Below, piece by piece: positions 19,148 to 27,824 of a DNA stretch of 64,000 nucleotides; the stretch's first letter is position 1; every line of letters starts with the position of its first letter. This DNA comes from an uncultured Gemmatimonadales bacterium (GTDB taxonomy: Bacteria; Gemmatimonadota; Gemmatimonadetes; Gemmatimonadales; Gemmatimonadaceae): contig CAWKNZ010000008.1 in assembly GCA_963851265.1 (NCBI GenBank), positions 224,001 to 288,000 of the forward strand, written 5' to 3'. The translations under genes were made by a program, and so were the position numbers. Below the pieces are notes generated by a model. It ran no database searches. It was not told the DNA's origin and saw only the letters and a list, made by a program, of their open reading frames with translations.

Positions 19148-20131
19148 TTACGGCGCCGCCCCGGGCGCCGGCCGCACGCCCGGTGCCCCCAATCCTAACG
19201 CCGGTACCGAAGCCAGCAATCGCGCCGGCGTATCGTCGCTCACGAGGATCACCCCGTACGCCGCGTCGGGCCACGCGACGACGGCCTGCGCGCCGTCGGC
19301 GGCGGCCAGTACGCGGTGCGCGGCCGCGGCGCTCCGCAGCGCCGCGTACCGAAAGAAGAGCGCCTCGGGCACGCGGTACTCCAGGACGAGGCGGTCGTTG
19401 CGGCGGTACGCGAGCACCGCGCTCGCCTCGCCGTCGAGCACCGTCGTCCACGCGGCCAGCAGCCGCAGCCCGGGCGCGCGCAGCGGCTCGACCGGAAAGC
19501 CGACCGCCGCGCGCAACGCGTCGAGATCGCGCGCCCGCCCCGGCAGGTCCCCGGCCGTCGACCGGCGGTAGTCCGCGAGCACCGCGGCGAGCAGCGGCAT
19601 CTCCGCGACCGGCATCGACAACGGCGCCACGCGCCCGCGCACCGCCAGGTCGGGCGACGGGGCGCGCCAGAGCGCCGCGCCTCCTCCGACGGCGAGCGCC
19701 GCCGCGACGACGGCGGCGATCACCTGCCCCCGGCGGCGCATCCACCACGCGGGCGCTCCACCAGGCGCGCGCTCGGACGCCGCACGCGGCGCGGTGTCGG
19801 CAGGGGTGGCCGTCGCGTGCAGCCCGGGCGGCGGCGCGAGGGCGGCCGTCGCCGCCAGAATCCGGTCGCGGAGCGCGGCGGGCGCGGGCAGCACGGCGTC
19901 GGCGGCCAGGCGGTCGCGCAATGCCGTCTGCGCCGCGAGGTCCCGCCGGCAGCGGACGCACCCGACGAGGTGTGCTTCCACCCGCGCGGCCGACTCGGCG
20001 GGCAGCTCGCCGTCGGCGTAGGCGCCGAGCAGGTCGGCGAGCGTCGCGTGCTGCGCCTCGCGGACGCGGGCACGCTCGGCGGCCTCGCCCGCCTCGTTCC
20101 GGCGCGCCGATCCCCCCCAGCGGTTCGTCAC
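19148..20131 (-). CDS. Transmembrane anti-sigma factor with zf-HC2 (ZAS) domain
   Basis: LLGAYADGEL...HLVGCVRC, one TM segment; GTGA overlap with the sigma stop. Confidence 0.85.
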   Translation of the reverse strand: MTNRWGGSARRNEAGEAAERARVREAQHATLADLLGAYADGELPAESAARVEAHLVGCVRCRRDLAAQTALRDRLAADAVLPAPAALRDRILAATAALAPPPGLHATATPADTAPRAASERAPGGAPAWWMRRRGQVIAAVVAAALAVGGGAALWRAPSPDLAVRGRVAPLSMPVAEMPLLAAVLADYRRSTAGDLPGRARDLDALRAAVGFPVEPLRAPGLRLLAAWTTVLDGEASAVLAYRRNDRLVLEYRVPEALFFRYAALRSAAAAHRVLAAADGAQAVVAWPDAAYGVILVSDDTPARLLASVPALGLGAPGVRPAPGAAP

Positions 20132-20838
20132 AGCCGGGGCCCTCCACGGCGCGCATCGGGCGCGCGGCGCAGGGGGAGCACGCCGCCCATGCCCACCCCG
20201 CGCGTCCCGGTTCCGCGCGCGGCCGCGGGCGGCGCGTCCACGGCGCCGGCGCCGCGCGCGCTTCCGTCGTCGAACCACGCGCGGCGGCCCGTCATCACCG
20301 CGCCCGCCAGCAGGCGCCGCCCGCGCGAGATCCGGCTCATCACCGTGCCAATCGGGATTCCGAGCACGTCGGCGATCTCCTGATACTTGAATCCGTCGAT
20401 GTCGTGCAGCTCGACCGGGGTGGCGAAGTCGTCGGGCAAAGTCGCGAGCGCGGCGCGCACCACGACCGCGTCGAGCCGCGCGGCCACCTCGGCGAACACC
20501 GGATCGGCCTCGCCGTCGGGGTCGGCGAGGAACGCCTCGTGGGCGTCCTCGAGACGCGTGATCGAGACGAGGCGCTCGCGGCGCTCGTCGCGCTCGCGGC
20601 CGTCGGCGAGCACCGTGCGGAGAATGCGGTAGAGCCACGCCCGCGCGCTCGTCGCGTCGCGCAGTTCGCCGAACCCGACCCACGCGCGCATGTACGCCTC
20701 CTGCACCGCGTCCTCGGCGGCCGCCGCGTCCGACGTGCGGCGACGGGCGAAGCCGAGCAGGCGGTCGAGGTGCGGCAGCACGAGCGCGTGGAATCGCGCG
20801 TGTGCGTCGGCGGTCGGATCGGCGGGCGGTGAGGACAC
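20128..20838 (-). CDS. ECF sigma-70 factor
   Basis: AEDAVQEAYMRAW, AWLYRI, YQEIADVLGIPIGTVMSRISRGR. Confidence 0.93.
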   Translation of the reverse strand: MSSPPADPTADAHARFHALVLPHLDRLLGFARRRTSDAAAAEDAVQEAYMRAWVGFGELRDATSARAWLYRILRTVLADGRERDERRERLVSITRLEDAHEAFLADPDGEADPVFAEVAARLDAVVVRAALATLPDDFATPVELHDIDGFKYQEIADVLGIPIGTVMSRISRGRRLLAGAVMTGRRAWFDDGSARGAGAVDAPPAAARGTGTRGVGMGGVLPLRRAPDARRGGPRL

Positions 20839-20933
20839 GAGAGGACACGAACGAGAGACCCATGGGTCGGGCGCGTCCTCGAGTAGACGGCGCGTGCGGA
20901 GAACTTATTCCGGCACGGCCGGGTACGCCGCAC

Positions 20934-21347
20934 ATGCGCGCCCGTCCCGCCCGCCCCACGCCCGTCCACGCGGCCGCCGCTGGTGCGGCCGTCCTGCTCG
21001 CCGGCGCCGCCGGGTGTGGCGCGAGCCACTACGCGACGGCACCGGTCACCGCGCCACGCAACCGCGTCGCGGCGACCCCGAGCCTGTACTTCGCGCCCGC
21101 CGACCTCACCATCGCGGTCGGCGACTCGGTCACGTGGGCGTTTGCCGGCGTGACGCACACGGTGATCTTCCAGCGCGGCACCACCACCGGCCCCGCGGGC
21201 ACGCCCGTCGCTGCCTCGCCCGGTGCGCCGGCGGACGTCGGGCCGACGGCGGACGCGTCGGTGACGCGGGTCTTCCCCACGCGCGGCACGTTCGGCTACG
21301 GGTGCCGGCTGCACCCGGGCATGGGCGGGGTGATCCGGGTGCGCTGA
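20934..21347 (+). CDS. Plastocyanin/amicyanin-like type-1 copper lipoprotein
   Basis: AAGC lipobox; GDSVTW, HTV, YGCRLHPGM. Confidence 0.85.
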   Translation: MRARPARPTPVHAAAAGAAVLLAGAAGCGASHYATAPVTAPRNRVAATPSLYFAPADLTIAVGDSVTWAFAGVTHTVIFQRGTTTGPAGTPVAASPGAPADVGPTADASVTRVFPTRGTFGYGCRLHPGMGGVIRVR

Positions 21348-21378
21348 GCGCGCGGGCGTCGGAGCCCGCCGCCGCGCC

Positions 21379-21765
21379 CTAGCGCGCGGCGACCGTCACC
21401 GTGCCGACCATCGACGGGTGGATGTGGCAGGTGTACCGGTACGTGCCGGGCGTGGCGAACACGCGCGGGATGTTGATGCTCACGTTGCTCCCCGTGATGT
21501 TGGCGGGCGCGCCGGGTACGGAGTCGAAGAACACGTTGTGCTGGAGCGCGCTGAACGCGAACGTGACGGTGTCGCCGGCCGTGACCGACACCGCCGGCGG
21601 CGCGAAGGTGAACGACGTCGTGGCGTCGACGACCTTGTTGGCCGCCGTGGCGACCGGCGCGGGGGTGGGCGCGGTGGAGTCGGTGCCGCTCCCACAGCCG
21701 AGTAGTGCAGCCATGGGCAGGGCCACGGCGCAAGCGGTCACGGCGGGGCGAATCGTTAGGCGCAT
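21379..21765 (-). CDS. Plastocyanin/amicyanin-like type-1 copper lipoprotein
   Basis: LLGC lipobox; HNVFF, YTCHIHPSM. Confidence 0.88.
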   Translation of the reverse strand: MRLTIRPAVTACAVALPMAALLGCGSGTDSTAPTPAPVATAANKVVDATTSFTFAPPAVSVTAGDTVTFAFSALQHNVFFDSVPGAPANITGSNVSINIPRVFATPGTYRYTCHIHPSMVGTVTVAAR

Positions 21766-21869
21766 GGAACGTCTCCGGTAGGCGGGAAGAGCCGGCGTCG
21801 CTCGAACGCCGCCTCCCCCCCGCAGACGGAACGACGGTCCGCGCTATTCCGTCGCGCGACTCCGTGCGG

Positions 21870-22904
21870 CTACTCCAACAACAGCCGCGCGGGGTCGTAC
21901 GCCCGGTCTGCTCGCGGTGCGTCACCCCGGGCGGCAGCCGGCGCCGGCCGTCGGGTCAGCAGCGCCACTGCGCCGACGATCACCCCCGCCGCGACCACCA
22001 CGCGTGCACCGAGCGGCTCGCCCGCCACCGCCCACCCGAGCGCCACCGCCACCACCGGGTTCACGAACGCGTAGGTGGCCACGCGCGACGGCGGCTCCAC
22101 GCTCAACAGCCACACGTAGGCGCTGAACGCGACGATCGACCCGAACACCGCGAGGTAGCCGAGCGCGACGAGCGACGTGGCCGACACGGCCGACGCGCGG
22201 AACGTGGCGGGCTCGCCCGCGAGCGCGCTCGCGCCGAGCAGGAGGGCGCCCCCGGCGAGCATCTGCATTCCCGTCGTGAGCGCGGCGGACTCCGGCAGGC
22301 GCGCACGCCCGGCCGGGCTGCTCGCCCAGAGCGAGCCCGCGGCCCACGTCAGCGCGCCCGCCATCACGACCGCCGCGCCCGCGAGGTCGACGTGCCCGCC
22401 GCCCGTCGCACCCGGCCCGATCAGGACGACCACCCCCGCGAGACCGAGCGCGAGCCCCAGCGCCGTCGTCGCCGTCGGCCGCGTGCCGCCGGGCCGCCAC
22501 CATCCGAGCAGCACGATCCAGAGCGGTTCGGTGGCGATCAGCAGCGCGGCCACCCCCGACGGCACGCGCTGCTCGGCCCACGTCACGCCGCCGTTGCCGA
22601 CGAGCAGGAGGAGCGCGCCAACGACCGCCGCCGCCCCCCACTGCCCGAGCGTGGGCCGTGCGGCACCACGCGCCCGCGCCCACCCGTACAGCAGCGCGCC
22701 GGCCAGCAGGAATCGCACGGCGGCCATCCCGAACGGGGGCAGCGTCGTGAGCCCGAAGCGGATGCCGAGGTAGGTCGATCCCCAGATCAGGTACAGCGCG
22801 GCGTACGCGGCGAGCACCGCGGCCTGCCGCGGCCGCGCCGCGTGGCGCGCCGCGTGGCGCGCCGCGTGGAGCGCGCCGCGCGGCGCCTCAGCCGCGGCGG
22901 ACAT
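21870..22904 (-). CDS. EamA/DMT-family transporter (YedA-like)
   Basis: YLIWGSTYLGIR, YLAVFGSIVAFSAY, YAFVNPVVA. Confidence 0.9.
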   Translation of the reverse strand: MSAAAEAPRGALHAARHAARHAARPRQAAVLAAYAALYLIWGSTYLGIRFGLTTLPPFGMAAVRFLLAGALLYGWARARGAARPTLGQWGAAAVVGALLLLVGNGGVTWAEQRVPSGVAALLIATEPLWIVLLGWWRPGGTRPTATTALGLALGLAGVVVLIGPGATGGGHVDLAGAAVVMAGALTWAAGSLWASSPAGRARLPESAALTTGMQMLAGGALLLGASALAGEPATFRASAVSATSLVALGYLAVFGSIVAFSAYVWLLSVEPPSRVATYAFVNPVVAVALGWAVAGEPLGARVVVAAGVIVGAVALLTRRPAPAAARGDAPRADRAYDPARLLLE

Positions 22905-23394
22905 CCGACGCCTCGCGGTATGGCGACGCCGGTGCCACCGCGTCGTCGGGCATCGGCAGCACGGTCGTGGTCTTCAGCGTCTTGAGCACGATCGTCGTAC
23001 GCGTCGAGAGTACCGACGGCACGCCGTTGAACGTCTCGCGCAACCGCTCGTAGAGGTCCTCCGGATCGGCCGCGCGCACCTTCACGAGATAGCAGTCCTC
23101 CCCCGCGACGTCGTGGACTTCGAGGACACCGGGCACGTTCGCCAGCCGCTCGGCCGTGTCGGGCGACCCGCGGTCGGTGGTGCGGACGAACACGAACGCG
23201 AGCAGGCCGAGGTCGAGCGCGCGCGGGTCGAGGTCGAGCGCGTACCCGCGAATCACGCCGCGCTCCTCGAGCTTGCGCACGCGCTCGACCACGGCCGACG
23301 GCGCCATCCCGACCCGGCGCGCCAACTCGGCGTGCGAGGTCCGGGCGTTCTCCTGGAGCGCCGCAATGAGCTGGCGATCGATCGCGTCGAGCAT
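22888..23394 (-). CDS. Lrp/AsnC-family transcriptional regulator
   Basis: LDAIDRQLIAALQENAR, RVRKLEERGVIRGY, VAGEDCYLVKV. Confidence 0.93.
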   Translation of the reverse strand: MLDAIDRQLIAALQENARTSHAELARRVGMAPSAVVERVRKLEERGVIRGYALDLDPRALDLGLLAFVFVRTTDRGSPDTAERLANVPGVLEVHDVAGEDCYLVKVRAADPEDLYERLRETFNGVPSVLSTRTTIVLKTLKTTTVLPMPDDAVAPASPYREASDVRRG

Positions 23395-23685
23395 GATCGT
23401 TTCGGTATGCGTGTTCGGTTGGCGTTGATTCAACGACGATATGCATGATTATACGCACCTTCCACGCCGTGTAACCGCTTCGACAGAAATATCGACGTCT
23501 GCTTCTAGGCGGGATTTCGTGACCCGCGTCCGGATCCGGCGCCGCGAACGTCCGTCACCCCCCGCAGGTCGGCGTCGCGCGGCTTGCCGTGCCGGGCCCG
23601 GTGCGTAGCGTGTGCCCCGCGGTCGAGCGCGCCGTCGGGCCATCCGGGTCGGCGGCCCCACCGTCCCACCTCGGTCACAGCGTTC

Positions 23686-26076
23686 ATGATCTCGCGCCTC
23701 GTCCCGCCCGCGCTTCTCGCGTGCCTGCTCGCGCCGGCGTTCTCCGCCGCCGCGCAGCCTGCCGACACGCTGCACGCGCCGGGACTGCACGGCCCGGTCG
23801 CGATCGTCCGCGACTCCAACGGGATCGCGCACATCCGCGCGCGCGACGAACACGACCTGTTCTTCGCGCAGGGGTGGAACGTCGCGCGCGACCGCCTGTT
23901 TCAGCTCGAGCTCTGGCGACGGCAGGCCACCGGCACCATGGCCGAAGCGCTGGGACCGCGCTGGGCGCCCCGCGACCGCGCGGCACGGCTGTTCGCGTAC
24001 CGCGGCGACCCGGACGCCGAGCTCGCGCACTACCACCCGCACGGCGCGGCCATCGTCCGGGCGTTCGCCGACGGCGTCAACGCCCGCATCGCGCAGGTGG
24101 ACGCCGACCCCGCGCTGCTGCCGCCCGAGCTGCGGGCGTTAGGCATGCGCCCCGGCCGCTGGACGCCCGCGGTGGTCGTCTCGCGCCACAACGCGCTCGC
24201 CGCGAACGCGGAGCAGGAGGTCGACCTCGCGCGCGCGGTGCGGGCGATGGGCGTCGACGCGGTGCGCGCCGTCGGCCGCTTCGAGCCAGCGCCCGTGGTG
24301 CTCGCCCCCGACTCGGCCGTCGACGTCGCCGCGCTCGACGACTCGGTCCTCGCCGCGTACCGCGCCTGGCGCGCGCCGGTCACCTTCACGGCGGGCGAAC
24401 TGGTCGCGTCGGCACCCCCGGTCCCGCTCGTCCCGGCCGGGGACGAGCAGCGCGACGGCTCGAACAACTGGGTGATCGCCGGTACGCACACCGCGAGCGG
24501 CAAGCCGCTGCTCGCCAACGACCCGCACCGCACCATCCAGCTGCCGTCGCTCCGGTACTGGGTGCACCTCACCGCGCCCGGGTGGGACGTGGTCGGCGCG
24601 GGCGAGCCGGCGCTGCCGGGCGTGTCGGTCGGGCACAACGCCCACGGCGCGTGGGGCCTCACCATCTTCGGCCTCGACGTCGAGGACGTGTACGTGTATC
24701 GCACCGACCCGGCCGATCCCACACGCTACCGGTACCGCGGCGGGTGGGAGCGGATGCGCGAGGCGCGCGACACCGTGCGCGTGCGCGGCGCGCCACCGCA
24801 GCCGGCCGTGCTCCGCTTCACGCGCCACGGCCCCGTGCTCTGGGAGGATCGCGCGCGGCACCTCGCCTACGCGCTGCGCGCGGCGTGGCTGGAGCCGGGC
24901 ACCGCGCCCTACCTGGCGAGCCTCCGCCTCGACCAGGCGCGCACCTGGGCCGAGTTCCGCGACGGGGCCGTGCGCCACCTGATGCCCGCGGAGAACCTGA
25001 TCTGGGCCGACACCGGCGGCACCATCGGCTGGCAGGCCTCCGGCATCGCCCCGGTGCGACACGGGTGGACGGGGCTCGTCCCCGTGCCGGGCGACGGCCG
25101 GTACGAGTGGGCGGGATTCCTCCCCATCAACGAGCTCCCCCACGTGGTGAACCCGCCGGGCGGCGTGATTGCCACGGCCAACGAGAACAACGTGCCCGCC
25201 GGCTACGCGCACACCGACGCCGTGGGCCGCGGCGGCTGGGCCGACCCGTGGCGCGTCCGGCGCGTGCGCGAGGTGCTCGACACGACGCGCGGCGCGACCG
25301 CCGCCCGCATGGCCGCGCTGCAGCAGGACGTGGTCTCGCTGCCCGCGCGCGCGCTCACGCCGCTGCTGCGCGCCGTCACGCCGGCGGACACCGCGGCACG
25401 TTGGGCGCGCGACACGCTGCTCGCCTGGGACCACACCCTCGCGCCCACCAGCGTCCCCGCGGCGGTGTACGTCGCGTGGGAGCGCGCCCTGCTGCAGCGC
25501 GCGGCCGCGCGCGTCGTCCCGCCCGCGGCCCGCGCCTACCTGCACGGCGTGAGCGTGGCGCGCCTCGTCGAGTGGCTCACGGCGCCCGCCACGGCCCCGC
25601 GCACCCTCTTCGGCGGCGCCGGCGCGGCCGCGCGCGACTCACTCCTTGCCGCCGCACTCGACGACGCGGTCGGCGACCTCCGACGCCGGCTCGGCGCCGA
25701 CCACGGCACGTGGCGCTACGGTCAGCTCGCCTTCCACCACGTGCTGATCCACCACCCGCTCGACGCCGCGCTCGACTCGTCGGGGCGGGCCGCGTACGAC
25801 GCGGGCCCGCTGCCGCGCGGCGGGTACGCCAACACGGTGAACGCCACGGGCAACACCGACAACCAGACCCACGGCGCGAGCTTCCGGCTCGTCGCCGACC
25901 TCGCCGACTGGGACGCATCGCTCGGCACCAACACGCCCGGCCAGAGCGGGGACCCGCGCGACCCGCACTACCGCGACCTGTTTGCGCCGTGGGCCGCCGG
26001 GCGCACGTTCCGCGTGCCGTACACGCGCGCGGCGGTGGACCGGGCGGGCGAGTCGCGGCAGGTGCTGGTGCCGTAA
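23686..26076 (+). CDS. Penicillin acylase family Ntn hydrolase (peptidase S45), secreted
   Basis: Signal peptide; RDSNGIAHI, GSNNWVI (catalytic Ser), LLANDPH, PGQSG. Confidence 0.93.
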   Translation: MISRLVPPALLACLLAPAFSAAAQPADTLHAPGLHGPVAIVRDSNGIAHIRARDEHDLFFAQGWNVARDRLFQLELWRRQATGTMAEALGPRWAPRDRAARLFAYRGDPDAELAHYHPHGAAIVRAFADGVNARIAQVDADPALLPPELRALGMRPGRWTPAVVVSRHNALAANAEQEVDLARAVRAMGVDAVRAVGRFEPAPVVLAPDSAVDVAALDDSVLAAYRAWRAPVTFTAGELVASAPPVPLVPAGDEQRDGSNNWVIAGTHTASGKPLLANDPHRTIQLPSLRYWVHLTAPGWDVVGAGEPALPGVSVGHNAHGAWGLTIFGLDVEDVYVYRTDPADPTRYRYRGGWERMREARDTVRVRGAPPQPAVLRFTRHGPVLWEDRARHLAYALRAAWLEPGTAPYLASLRLDQARTWAEFRDGAVRHLMPAENLIWADTGGTIGWQASGIAPVRHGWTGLVPVPGDGRYEWAGFLPINELPHVVNPPGGVIATANENNVPAGYAHTDAVGRGGWADPWRVRRVREVLDTTRGATAARMAALQQDVVSLPARALTPLLRAVTPADTAARWARDTLLAWDHTLAPTSVPAAVYVAWERALLQRAAARVVPPAARAYLHGVSVARLVEWLTAPATAPRTLFGGAGAAARDSLLAAALDDAVGDLRRRLGADHGTWRYGQLAFHHVLIHHPLDAALDSSGRAAYDAGPLPRGGYANTVNATGNTDNQTHGASFRLVADLADWDASLGTNTPGQSGDPRDPHYRDLFAPWAAGRTFRVPYTRAAVDRAGESRQVLVP

Positions 26077-26111
26077 GTCGGCCGACGGCGCCAGCTCAGG
26101 GAAGAGCCGGG

Positions 26112-26717
26112 TCAGCCGCCGCCCCCACCCGAAGCGCCCCCGCCCCGGCGGAGGCGCGCGCCGGCGAGCCGGGTGGTCCGCCACGTCACGGCCGCCGAGG
26201 TGAGCGCGAGCACGGCGGCCGCCGAGTCGAGCACCGGGGCGATGCCGTGCACGGACGTCCCGTCGACCAGGACGGCGTAGAGCAGAAACGCCACGGCGAG
26301 CATGGCAGGCAGCAGGGCGACGGCGAGCCAGACGCCCGCCTGCCACTCGACGCGGCGCGCGGCCCCGGGCTCCGCGCGCGCCAACGCGACGCCGTCAGGC
26401 GCTAGCCCCGCGCCACCGTCGCCACCCGCGAACACCCCGACGTGGCGCTCCCGCAGCCACTCGTGGATCACGCTCCGCTGGGCGCGCGTCAGCGCGCTCT
26501 GGTGCTCGGCGTCGTAGTACGCGACGACCTCCACGGCCCCGGCGTACACCAGCCGCACCGGGCGTAGCGCGTAGTCGTGCGCCGCGAAGTCCCGCAGGTG
26601 CGACGCCGCCTCCACGTCGTCACCGAGATCCAGCACGCTGGCCCCGTGCGCCCACAGGTGACGGCGGACACGCCGCGGGCCGGCGCTGCGGCGGAGCCGG
26701 CGCGCAGCAGTCGTCAT
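26112..26717 (-). CDS. Hypothetical membrane protein with two C-terminal TM segments
   Basis: ATGA overlap with the upstream gene stop; hydrophobic C-terminal helices. Confidence 0.55.
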   Translation of the reverse strand: MTTAARRLRRSAGPRRVRRHLWAHGASVLDLGDDVEAASHLRDFAAHDYALRPVRLVYAGAVEVVAYYDAEHQSALTRAQRSVIHEWLRERHVGVFAGGDGGAGLAPDGVALARAEPGAARRVEWQAGVWLAVALLPAMLAVAFLLYAVLVDGTSVHGIAPVLDSAAAVLALTSAAVTWRTTRLAGARLRRGGGASGGGGG

Positions 26718-27367
26718 CGCCCGGCTTGCGCGCCGCGCGCCACGGCCCCGCGCAGCGTGCGCAGCACCGCAGCCGCCGGCCGGCCCGCCGCTAACCGGCC
26801 GCTGACCAGCACGAAGTGCCCGCTCGCCGTCGCCCCCCACCGGCCCGCGCTCCGCAGGCGCCACGTGCCCACGACCGAGTCGGCGCGCCACGCGCCGCGC
26901 AACACCACCTGCGCCCGCTCGCTCGCGGGTCCGAGTACGACCTCCACCGAATCGCCACCCGTGGCGGACGCGGATCCGAGCGGCTGGCGCGTCGTCGCGA
27001 CCAGGTCGGGCACCCGGTCCGCGTCGCGCGGATCGAAGCCGAACGGCGAGAAGTCGACGTCGTACGTGCCGTACACGGCGGGCCGGGCCTGCGACACGTC
27101 GCCCGTCGCGGCCGACGCCGTGAGCCAGTGGTTGGCGACGAGGGCGAGCGTCCCCCGCACACGTCCGCCGCTGGACTCGTGCAGCGCCGCGCTGTCGAAG
27201 CCGAGCGGGGGGCTGTCGAGCGCGAACGTCACATCCCACACACCCACCAGTCGCGAGGTGGGCGCCGCCAGGGACTCGCGCTCGTGTGCCGAACGGCACG
27301 CGCCGAGGAGGGCAGCCAGCACAGCAGCCAGCACGGTCGCCGATGCGGCTCTCGATGCGGCGCGCAT
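26714..27367 (-). CDS. Hypothetical lipoprotein
   Basis: LLGAC lipobox; beta-rich domain LVGVWDVTF. Confidence 0.65.
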   Translation of the reverse strand: MRAASRAASATVLAAVLAALLGACRSAHERESLAAPTSRLVGVWDVTFALDSPPLGFDSAALHESSGGRVRGTLALVANHWLTASAATGDVSQARPAVYGTYDVDFSPFGFDPRDADRVPDLVATTRQPLGSASATGGDSVEVVLGPASERAQVVLRGAWRADSVVGTWRLRSAGRWGATASGHFVLVSGRLAAGRPAAAVLRTLRGAVARGAQAGR

Positions 27368-27609
27368 CAGTAGTCCCTCCCACCGTCGCCCCATGTCCCG
27401 GCGCGCATCGCCGTCGCGACGTCCGGCCACTCCGCGCGCCAGTCCCGCTCTCTCGACGCGGCCGCTGCCCGGACGCGCGTGCGGCGCGCCCCCGTGCCGT
27501 CGCCCGTCGACTGCCGGAGCAGGCGCGCGGCACACACCGTCGCCGCGATCACCACGACGAGGCCAGTCTGGCGATTCGACCACTGCACCACGTGCTGCGA
27601 CATGCCCAT
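27367..27609 (-). CDS. Small hypothetical protein
   Basis: Its stop overlaps the next start (TGATG), suggesting translational coupling. Confidence 0.35.
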   Translation of the reverse strand: MGMSQHVVQWSNRQTGLVVVIAATVCAARLLRQSTGDGTGARRTRVRAAAASRERDWRAEWPDVATAMRAGTWGDGGRDY

Positions 27610-27824
27610 GCGGCTACCCGCGCTCGGTGGGCGCACCGGCGCGTCGCCCGGTCGGGCCGGTCACGCGCGGTGCGCGGTCCCATGAGGCTACCGCGGCGAG
27701 CGCGCAGGCCGCACAAACATCCTCGGGACGCGCGTGAAGATCGCGTAAACGGCGTGCCCGCTACCTTCGCGGGTGCCGGTGTGCACCCGCGAACATCTCC
27801 GTCCCCTTCCACCTCCCCGCCCGC

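Noticed and set aside
23686..26076. Specific call as an AHL acylase (quorum quenching)
   Set aside because: The family is clear, but substrate cannot be inferred from sequence by eye.
26400..26717. YggL/DUF469 similarity in the N-terminus of the 26112..26717 protein
   Set aside because: Only a short helix-level resemblance (TRAQRSVIHEWLRER); insufficient without a profile search.
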